A stretch of DNA of 32,000 nucleotides from Aquifex aeolicus VF5 (lineage in GTDB: Bacteria > Aquificota > Aquificia > Aquificales > Aquificaceae). Position numbers and translations under genes: made by a program. Each line of letters opens with the position of its first letter. The first letter of the stretch is position 1. The stretch covers positions 1,290,001-1,322,000 of the forward strand of contig NC_000918.1 of assembly GCF_000008625.1 (NCBI RefSeq), written 5' to 3'. Below the pieces are notes generated by a model, which saw only the letters and a program-made list of their open reading frames with translations, did no database searches and had not been told where the DNA came from. This document shows positions 15,322 through 23,239 of the stretch, piece by piece.

Positions 15322-15585
15322 ATGCAAAAATACTCAAAGTACGAAGTAAAAGCTAAGGTCATAAAGGTGAGAATGCCCGTGGAAGAGATAGGGCTGTTTA
15401 ACGCACTAATAGACGGCTTGCCCAGGTACGCACTCACGAGGACGAAGGAAAAGGGAAAGGGAGAAGTTTTCGTTTTAGCGACTCCTTATAAAGTCAAGGA
15501 ATTGATGGAAGCTATGGAGGGTATGAAAAAACACATAAAGGATTTAGAAATCCTCGGAGAGACGGATGAGGATTTAACTTTTTAA
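15322..15585 (+). CDS. Small conserved hypothetical protein (possibly DUF4911-like)
   Basis: 87-aa ORF between dnaX and uvrB, with 18-nt and 3-nt gaps. An alternative start is at 15373, preceded by AAGGTGAG. The family assignment is from memory only. Confidence 0.5.
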   Translation: MQKYSKYEVKAKVIKVRMPVEEIGLFNALIDGLPRYALTRTKEKGKGEVFVLATPYKVKELMEAMEGMKKHIKDLEILGETDEDLTF

Positions 15586-15588
15586 AGT

Positions 15589-17580
15589 ATGGGTGTATCT
15601 GAGCAAAGGTTTAAGCTAAAAACAAACCTGAAACCCGCAGGGGACCAGCCGAAAGCCATAAAAAAACTCCTTGAAAACCTAAGGAAAGGCGTAAAAGAAC
15701 AAACACTTCTCGGAGTCACGGGAAGCGGAAAGACTTTTACTCTAGCAAACGTAATAGCGAAGTACAACAAACCAACTCTTGTGGTAGTTCACAACAAAAT
15801 TCTCGCGGCACAGCTATACAGGGAGTTTAAAGAACTATTCCCTGAAAACGCTGTAGAGTACTTTGTCTCTTACTACGACTATTACCAACCTGAAGCCTAC
15901 ATTCCCGAAAAAGATTTATACATAGAAAAGGACGCGAGTATAAACGAAACGCTGGAACGTTTCAGACACTCCGCCACGATATCCGTTCTAGAAAGGAGGG
16001 ACGTTATAGTAGTTGCTTCAGTTTCTTGCATATACGGACTCGGGAAACCTGAGCACTACGAAAACCTGAGGATAAAACTCCAAAGGGGAATAAGACTGAA
16101 CTTGAGTAAGCTCCTGAGGAAACTCGTTGAGCTAGGATATCAGAGAAATGACTTTGCCATAAAGAGGGCTACCTTCTCGGTTAGGGGAGACGTGGTTGAG
16201 ATAGTCCCTTCTCACACGGAAGATTACCTCGTGAGGGTAGAGTTCTGGGACGACGAAGTTGAAAGAATAGTCCTCATGGACGCTCTGAACAGACACGTTA
16301 TAAAAGAAGTGGAAGAGTATTCTGTATTTCCCGCCTCCCACTACATAGCCCCCAGACCCACCGTTGAACAGGCACTGAAAGAAATAGAAAAGGATTTAAT
16401 AGAGAGAGTAAAGTGGTTTAAAAGTCAGGGAAGGGAAGTGGAAGCCCAGAGGCTCTACCAGAGAACTATGTACGACATTGAGATGATAAGAGAACTTGGG
16501 CACTGCAAAGGGATAGAAAACTACTCCCGTTACTTTGACGGGAGAAAACCCGGAGAGCCACCCTTTACTCTCCTTGACTACTTCCCTGAAGACTTCCTGC
16601 TCATAATAGACGAGTCTCACATGACAATTCCTCAACTCAGGGCTATGTACAACGGGGACAGGAGCAGGAAGGAAAAACTCGTGGAGTATGGCTGGAGGCT
16701 TCCCTCAGCACTCGACAACAGACCCCTCAAATTTGAAGAGTTTCTGGAAAGGATTAATCAGGTAATTTACGTTTCAGCAACACCCGGAGACTGGGAACTT
16801 GAAAGGAGCGAGGCTGTAGTGGAACAAATAGTAAGACCTACGGGACTCCTGGACCCTGTTGTGGAAGTAAGACCGAAGATGAACCAGCTTGAGAACTTAG
16901 TAAAGGAAATAAAGGAAGTCAAAAAGAGAAAGGAAAGGGCTTTAGTTCTTACAACAACAAAAAGGCTTGCAGAAGAAATAGCTGACTACCTGACCGAAAG
17001 GAAGATAAGAGCCAAATATATGCACTCAGAACTGGACGCAATAGAAAGGGCACAACTGATAAGGGAACTGAGGGAGGGAAGCATAGACGTTATAGTGGGT
17101 GTAAACCTCTTGAGGGAAGGGCTCGACCTTCCCGAAGTTTCACTAGTTGCCATAATGGACGCGGACAAAGAGGGCTTTTTAAGGAGTTATCAGGCACTAA
17201 TACAGACCATAGGAAGGGCTGCGAGAAATATACACGGAAAGGCTATACTCTACGCGGACAGGATAACTAAAGCCATGGAAAAAGCGATTCAAGAGACCCA
17301 GAGGCGTAGAAAGATACAGGAAGAGTTCAACAAGAAACACGGCATAACTCCAAAATCCATAAAGAAGCCCGTAAAGGAACTCCTCGCAATAGAAGAGCTT
17401 GATTACGTGAGCGTTCCCGAAGAACTGCCGAAGGGAGTTAAATCAGAAGAGGACATACTCAAGAAGATCGAAAAGCTTGAAAAGGAAATGTGGAAATACG
17501 CTCAAAACTGGGAGTTTGAAAAAGCTGCAAAAGTTAGGGATGAAATTAAGAAACTGAAAAAGTTATTAGGTTTGGATTAG
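15589..17580 (+). CDS. uvrB: Excinuclease ABC subunit B
   Basis: 663 aa. It has GVTGSGKT Walker A, a DESH box ([11 protein letters not shown]), helicase motifs V/VI ([23 protein letters not shown]) and a C-terminal UVR domain ([16 protein letters not shown]). Confidence 0.96.
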
Positions 17581-17597
17581 AGAGGGGAAGCGGCCCA

Positions 17598-17948
17598 TTA
17601 GCCGCAGGAGAAAGAACTTCCGCATCCGCAGCTTCCGGTTGCGTTGGGGTTCCTTATCGTAAACCCACCGCCCATGAAGTCAACTACGTAGTCAAGTTCC
17701 GCACCGTTTACGTAGGGCATGGAGAAGGGGTCTATTACAACTTTCACTCCGTCGTATTCAAATACGTGGTCTCCTTCTTCTACGGTGTCATCAAATCCCA
17801 TAGCGTACTGGAATCCGGAGCATCCACCGGGAACTACTCTAATCCTGAGTATGGGGTTTTCTATGTTGTTCTCCTGTGCAACCTTCTTGATTTCTTCAAC
17901 AGCCTTGTCAGTTACCTTAAAAATAAATTGTTGAGCTTGCTCTTGCAT
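17598..17948 (-). CDS. iscA: HesB/IscA-family iron-sulfur cluster insertion protein
   Basis: 116 aa with GGCSGFQY and a C-terminal CGCGSSF Cys triad. Confidence 0.88.
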   Translation of the reverse strand: MQEQAQQFIFKVTDKAVEEIKKVAQENNIENPILRIRVVPGGCSGFQYAMGFDDTVEEGDHVFEYDGVKVVIDPFSMPYVNGAELDYVVDFMGGGFTIRNPNATGSCGCGSSFSCG

Positions 17949-18164
17949 AACTCCTACCTCCTTTAAAGTTTAATTTACTAAAGATTAAAAGTATACAACT
18001 TCCGAAGTAGGTTTATGAGGAAATTCATAAATGCTTTTCAAATGCTAAATCGGGGATAAATTTAAAAGTTAAATGAAGAGAAAAAAGAAGCTAAAAAAGA
18101 GAGTGAGACTTGACTTTGCAAAATTCGTGGTGGAGGAGGTTAAATCCAAACTGGGGGAAAGAAG

Positions 18165-18794
18165 ATGGAATTTTACGACCCGAAAGTAAAGCAGGAAATA
18201 AAAGTACTGCCAAAGGACTACGTCCAGTCCGTGGATAACATGTCCGCAAACGACTTTTTAAAGATATACCTGGAAACCTTACGTTATCAGGATCCCTTTA
18301 ACCAAACTGACATCTCAAAAAGTTTGGACGATATGGTAAAGATAAACCAGATAAAGTACTTCACCGAAATGAAACAATTCCTCGAAAGCCTGAAGGCGTG
18401 GATGAACCAGATGACGTTCTTAAACACCGCTACTCTAATAGGAAAAGAATTTATCTTCAGGACTGAAGTTTTAGACACTATAAAGAGGGATAAATACTAT
18501 ATACTTTCACCGGAAAACGTTAACAACGCGAAAATAAGGGTTTACGACGGAGAAGAACTCGTTAAAGAGGTAAAAATTGATATAAAAAAGGGTTTGAACG
18601 AGATAGACGTCTCGGATTTGCCCAAAGGTCAGTTCAGTATAAAAATCTTTAAAGGGGATAACGAACTCACAGGCTGGCAACTCGGTTTTAAAGAAAAAAT
18701 AAACGCGGTAAGTATCCTGAACGGAGATTTATATCTGGAACTCTCTGAAGGAACTTTGATTTCTTCCGATAAAATTATTTACGTGGGGGGATAA
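18165..18794 (+). CDS. flgD: Flagellar hook capping/assembly protein FlgD
   Basis: The N-terminal FLKIYLETLRYQDPFNQTD matches the conserved FlgD motif (..L..QL.NQDPL.P.D). An Ig-like C-terminal domain follows. It lies directly upstream of flgE. Confidence 0.85.
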   Translation: MEFYDPKVKQEIKVLPKDYVQSVDNMSANDFLKIYLETLRYQDPFNQTDISKSLDDMVKINQIKYFTEMKQFLESLKAWMNQMTFLNTATLIGKEFIFRTEVLDTIKRDKYYILSPENVNNAKIRVYDGEELVKEVKIDIKKGLNEIDVSDLPKGQFSIKIFKGDNELTGWQLGFKEKINAVSILNGDLYLELSEGTLISSDKIIYVGG

Positions 18795-18797
18795 AGC

Positions 18798-20246
18798 ATG
18801 CTAAGGAGCTTTTACAACGCGATAACTGGCATGGACGTTTCTAGGTTTGCCCTGGACGTTACCTCAGACAACCTAGCAAATGCAAATACAGTAGGGTTCA
18901 AGAAATCAAGACCAATTTTTCAGGACATGGTTTCACAGGTAGTTGTAGGCTTAAACACCACAACAGGAACGGTAAAAACGACCACATTCGGAGCCGGAGC
19001 GGTAGTAGATTCCACTCAAAAGGTATGGACAATAGGCAGTTTTAAACAAACCGAGATAACGACTGACCTCGCTATAGAAGGTAAAGCTCTCTTTATACTC
19101 AGAGATGTTTTAACAAACCAAACATATTATACGAGAGACGGCAGATTCAGAATAAACAGGGAAGGATACCTTATTAATCCAAACGGACTTTACGTTCAGG
19201 GATTTAAGGTAAATCCTGTAACAGGTGAAGTTACCGGAACACAGTTAGAAGATATAAGAGTAGAAACGCAGATACCTCCGAAGGCTACCGGTGAGATTTA
19301 CTTTAATCCGCCGACGAATTTAGATGAGAGAGCTCCTATTATAGACCAAACTACTACACCTTTTAATCCTCTGGATTCATTTACCTACAATTACAGGTAC
19401 ACGTTAACTATTTATGACAGTTTAGGCAGGGAAGTTCCGGCGGATATTTATTTTGTAAAAACGGGGACGAATCAGTGGAAAGTATACTTCTTGGCTTCTT
19501 TAAAAGAAAGATATATAAACGTTGATTGGAACGGGGATGACGATAAAACAGATATAGTTTTCCTTGATTTATTTAACGATCAGGTTCATATTGCGGATAA
19601 CGGAACTTTTAGTACGCTCCCTACATTCGCTTCAAAGACCCTCGAGTTTGACCCCTCAACGGGGAAATTGGTATACATTCCGGGTGGTGATATTGTTCAG
19701 GATACAGCTAATCAAAAGTTTTACCTAGAAGTTGATTTAACACCGGAAAGTGGACCTTCTGAAATAAACGATCCGAACGATACAGAGTCTTACTTAAACA
19801 AGTTAGGGGCAAAGTTAGGTAGTGAAACTAATAAAATTAAAATTTACGTAGGTGAAGGTATATTACAGAATAATGTAATTCAAAATTCCTACATCACCCA
19901 ACACGCAGCGGACTTTGTCGTTACTATGGATCAAGACGGGTACGCAAGGGGCGAATTAATAGACTTGTACGTTCTTTCTGAGGATGGTGTTGTTGTAGGT
20001 GTATACTCAAATGGGGAAACCCTTCCTACTTACAGACTTGCCCTCGCACAGTTCACCGATCCCGAGGAACTTGTCAAGAAAGGTTCCAACCTTTACGCTT
20101 CTGTAAAAACTCCTACGATCTTACTCCCCGGAGGTTCTAACAAAATACGCTCCGCCGTTGTTGAAATGTCAAACGTGGACATAGCAAAGGAGTTCATAAA
20201 CCTTATAACAGCCCAAAGAACTTATCAGGTAACGCAAGGACGATAA
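18798..20246 (+). CDS. flgE: Flagellar hook protein FlgE (as written, lacks the conserved extreme C terminus)
   Basis: The N-terminal [12 protein letters not shown]...[14 protein letters not shown] and the distal [22 protein letters not shown] match rod/hook family ends. The ORF stops 5 codons after YQ, and the conserved tail continues in the -1 frame to 20293. Confidence 0.88.
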
Positions 20247-20297
20247 CCGTTACTAATACGATACTTGAGGACACGATAAATCTAGTAAGATAAAGGT

Positions 20298-20783
20298 ATG
20301 GCTGAAGAGGTAAGGGAAGAAGCACAGGCGGGCGGTGGGAAAAAGAAATTAATCTTCCTCCTTCTTCTCTTAATACTTCTCGCAGGTGCAGGGGCAGGAG
20401 CTTATTTTTTCCTATTTGCTAAAAAGGAAGAGAAAAAGGAGGAAAAAGCTCCAAAGGTTGCTCCTCCCGAAGTTGGCATTATGTACAAACTCGACCCGCC
20501 GTTTATAGTAAACCTTGCAGATCCTGAGGCAACCGTTTACGCGAGGATATCCATAACTCTGGAGGTTGCAAATCAGCAAGTACTTCAAGAAGTTCAGAAA
20601 AAAGAACCCGTTATAAGGGATGCGATAATTGAGATAATTTCAAGCAAAACTTCCAACGAGATAAGAACCCCCGAAGGTAGGGAACAATTAAAACTTGAAG
20701 TTCTAAAGCGTATAAATACAATCCTTTCAGAAGGTGGAGTGAGGAACGTATACTTTACAGAGTTCGTGATTCAGGTAGAGTAA
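20298..20783 (+). CDS. fliL: Flagellar basal-body-associated protein FliL
   Basis: 161 aa with a single TM (LIFLLLLLILLAGAGAGAYFFLF), then YKLDPPFIVNL...ISITLEV...EPVIRDAIIEIIS, typical of FliL. Confidence 0.85.
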   Translation: MAEEVREEAQAGGGKKKLIFLLLLLILLAGAGAGAYFFLFAKKEEKKEEKAPKVAPPEVGIMYKLDPPFIVNLADPEATVYARISITLEVANQQVLQEVQKKEPVIRDAIIEIISSKTSNEIRTPEGREQLKLEVLKRINTILSEGGVRNVYFTEFVIQVE

Positions 20784-20859
20784 GGTTTATACAACCATAC
20801 TCAATTAATATTAGTTTGCTATTGATAATTCTTATCGGAGAAATAAATTATACCTTATT

Positions 20860-21888
20860 ATGAGAGTTGAAGCCAAGTGGTGGAAAAAATTAGATGACGG
20901 AAAAGTTGAGTGTTATCTGTGTCCTGTTAGCTGTAAACTAAAGGAGGGGAGTGTAGGCTCCTGCGGTGTGAGGGCAAACGTAGGCGGTAAGCTTTACACA
21001 TTCACTTACGGTTCTTTAATATCAGCTGCCATAGATCCCGTTGAGAAAAAGCCTTTATTCCACTTTTTACCCGGACACAGGACGCTTACAATAGCGACGC
21101 CGGGTTGTAATCTCCACTGTAAAGGATGCCAGAACTGGGAAATCTCACAAGTTCCGAAGGGAGAAGTATTTAAAAACAGGTTTTACGACGAGACTTTTGT
21201 TCCACCAGAGGTAATAGTTGAAAAGGCAATAGAACACGGATGTGAAAGTATATCCTATTCTTACTCAGATCCCACGATATTTGCCGAGTACATGATAGAC
21301 GTTGCCAGACTTGCAAAGGAAAAGGGACTCAAAAACATAATGGTAACCGCAGGATACATAAACCCGGAACCCTTGGAAGAAATAGACAAGTACATGGACG
21401 CCTACAGCATAGACCTTAAGTTTTTTGACGATAAAGCTTACAGAGAATACTCAAAGGGAAGGTTAGAGCCCGTTCTTGAAACGATAAAGTACGCATTTAA
21501 CAAAGGAAAGTGGGTTGAACTGACCACTCTTTTAGTTCCGAAGTACTTAACGGAGGAACAAATTAAAAAGATTGCGGAATGGATAGGTAGTGAGCTCGCT
21601 CCATGGGTTCCGTGGCACTTATCTAGGTTCTTCCCCCACTACAAAGCTTTAGACTTACCGCCCACGCCCGTTGAAGACTTAATGAAAGCTTACAAGATTG
21701 GAAAAGACGCAGGACTTGAATACGTATTTGTAGGAAACTTATTCGGAAATGATTACGAAAGCACATACTGCCCTAAATGTGGAAATGTAGTTATCGGAAG
21801 ACAAGGATATTACATAACAGAAATTAACTTAGAAGACGGGAAGTGCAAAAATTGCGGATACGAAATTAAGGGAATTTGGAAAAAGTAA
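20860..21888 (+). CDS. amrS: AmmeMemoRadiSam-system-type radical SAM enzyme (PflA-like activase homologue)
   Basis: 342 aa. It has an N-terminal Cys cluster (CYLCPVSCKLKEGSVGSCGVR), DPVEKKPLFHFLPG, the radical SAM CNLHCKGCQNW motif and a C-terminal CPKCG...CKNCG cluster. Confidence 0.8.
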   Translation: MRVEAKWWKKLDDGKVECYLCPVSCKLKEGSVGSCGVRANVGGKLYTFTYGSLISAAIDPVEKKPLFHFLPGHRTLTIATPGCNLHCKGCQNWEISQVPKGEVFKNRFYDETFVPPEVIVEKAIEHGCESISYSYSDPTIFAEYMIDVARLAKEKGLKNIMVTAGYINPEPLEEIDKYMDAYSIDLKFFDDKAYREYSKGRLEPVLETIKYAFNKGKWVELTTLLVPKYLTEEQIKKIAEWIGSELAPWVPWHLSRFFPHYKALDLPPTPVEDLMKAYKIGKDAGLEYVFVGNLFGNDYESTYCPKCGNVVIGRQGYYITEINLEDGKCKNCGYEIKGIWKK

Positions 21889-21896
21889 ATTTTAAA

Positions 21897-21912
21897 GCCC
21901 CCTTGCGGGGGC
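21897..21912. terminator. Bidirectional intrinsic terminator hairpin GCCCCC-TTGC-GGGGGC
   Basis: A 6-bp all-GC stem with a 4-nt loop lies in the 34-nt gap between the convergent radical SAM and porin genes. A T-run follows directly on the minus strand, and a T-run lies about 8 nt downstream on the plus strand. Confidence 0.7.
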
Positions 21913-21922
21913 AGGAAGATTT

Positions 21923-23080
21923 TTAGAAGTTGTAGAATACGGAAAGTCCTACATCAGTATAAGAATCTTCTTCTTCTGTAAGGTTCACATTATCAAGCTT
22001 AACATTTTCTACCCATAGAGCAATTCTGTTTGTAGGACCTTTTATATAGTAGTTTATAGCTACACCAAAGGATTTGAGCTTAGGATCACTACCTGGTCTA
22101 TCAAATTCAGTTTGTACGTATCTAGCAGCTAATGCAGGTTTTCCAAGGAACACTTTTTGATCATAAAGTAGCTGTCCTTGAACTAACCAACCTGTTCTAT
22201 CATCTCCATCAGTTCCTGCCCAATTTGTATGCTTTACATAACCTATTTGTATATCAGGAACTATAGTACCGAATTTTTGTTCCCACATAAGATCAACGCC
22301 CCAAGAGTCCTGATCTTTAGCTCCTTCTCCGAAAGGCTGAGAAGTGTAAGAAAGACCTATTGTGAGAACATCTTTCTTTCCAACGTAAGTATTCTTAAGA
22401 ACGTATCCCTTCTCAGCTTTGTATCCAAGCATTGTGGGAGTAAATTGAACTCTTATAGAGTATGCCGTTTTTGCATTTGATGTAGCTCCTTCATCACTTG
22501 CATCAAATACACCAACATAGTATTTAAACATTCCATCTGCTATGTTACCCCATGCGGTAAGACCTGCACTTCTGGATCCGCTCCTAAAAGGTTTGTGGTC
22601 GTTGGCTACAGGATTTGTAAATGCGTGTTTATAACCTGCTATTGCACTCATTCCAAGCCATGTGGGGAATAGATATGTCCAATAACTTTGGAGCCCAGAG
22701 TGTCTTTCAAAGGGCACTTTGTAAGAACCAGCAATAATGTTAAATTCTGGCGCAAATGCGAGATTAATGAATGAATCAAATACTTCAATATCACCTGCTT
22801 TTCCTGGAGCAAACAATGACGCTTGGAATCCATAGCTAATTATCTTATTGAGCTTGTACTTGAAGTAAATTCTCGCATCCCTGTGAGTAAATACTATATC
22901 AGACTTATCTTCGTTTCCATCAACTATTCCTCTGTCATCCTTAATTATAGCATCAATAATTCCCCTTGCACCGAACTTGAGAACTTGCTCTTCGTCAATC
23001 CTTATGGTTACCGCGTTTGCGGAACCTGCTAAAACACCTAAGCTGAATACCGCCCCTGCGAGGAGCAATCCTTTCTTCAT
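21923..23080 (-). CDS. Outer-membrane beta-barrel porin
   Basis: It has a signal peptide (MKKGLLLAGAVFSLGVLAGSANA), alternating amphipathic strands rich in Y/G/T/N and a C-terminal aromatic residue (VFYNF). The ATG at 23080 follows GGAGG by 8 nt and is preferred over the GTG at 23089. Confidence 0.78.
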   Translation of the reverse strand: MKKGLLLAGAVFSLGVLAGSANAVTIRIDEEQVLKFGARGIIDAIIKDDRGIVDGNEDKSDIVFTHRDARIYFKYKLNKIISYGFQASLFAPGKAGDIEVFDSFINLAFAPEFNIIAGSYKVPFERHSGLQSYWTYLFPTWLGMSAIAGYKHAFTNPVANDHKPFRSGSRSAGLTAWGNIADGMFKYYVGVFDASDEGATSNAKTAYSIRVQFTPTMLGYKAEKGYVLKNTYVGKKDVLTIGLSYTSQPFGEGAKDQDSWGVDLMWEQKFGTIVPDIQIGYVKHTNWAGTDGDDRTGWLVQGQLLYDQKVFLGKPALAARYVQTEFDRPGSDPKLKSFGVAINYYIKGPTNRIALWVENVKLDNVNLTEEEDSYTDVGLSVFYNF

Positions 23081-23157
23081 AACCGACACCTCCCTTTAAA
23101 TTTAGGCTAATAAGAATTATAGAATTTTTTAACACAAGTTGTCAACTTTTTTTTGAG

Positions 23158-23175
23158 TTTTGCAATATTGCAAAA
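23158..23175. promoter_or_regulatory. Perfect 18-nt palindrome TTTTGCAATATTGCAAAA plus a third TTTGCAAAA half-site at 23199-23207 (candidate operator)
   Basis: Read directly from the sequence. It lies in the 150-160-nt divergent region between the porin and K+ channel genes. Confidence 0.45.
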
Positions 23176-23239
23176 GCAGGTTTTAAAGACCTTAAAGGTT
23201 TGCAAAAATACAAAAACACTTTTAATATCTTAACAAATC

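Noticed and set aside
17590-17605. Hairpin GCGGC-CCATTA-GCCGC between uvrB and iscA, considered as a bidirectional terminator.
   Set aside because: The stem is only 5 bp and has no flanking T-run on either strand. It also overlaps the iscA stop codon and terminal Cys-Gly codons, so it is too weak to call.
18020-18164. Possible sigma-28 (TAAA-N15-GCCGATAA) or sigma-54 promoter upstream of flgD.
   Set aside because: CGGGGATAA at 18051-18059 resembles the -10 element of FliA promoters. However, no TAAA lies at the right spacing: candidate spacers are about 20, 9 or 2 nt. No GG-N10-GC element fits either.
18073-18192. 39-codon ORF (MKRKKKLKKRVRLDFAKFVVEEVKSKLGERRWNFTTRK) upstream of and overlapping the flgD start, considered as a FliK remnant or small flagellar protein.
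   Set aside because: It is very basic and low-complexity, has no RBS and resembles nothing I recognise. It overlaps the flgD RBS and start, so the evidence is insufficient.
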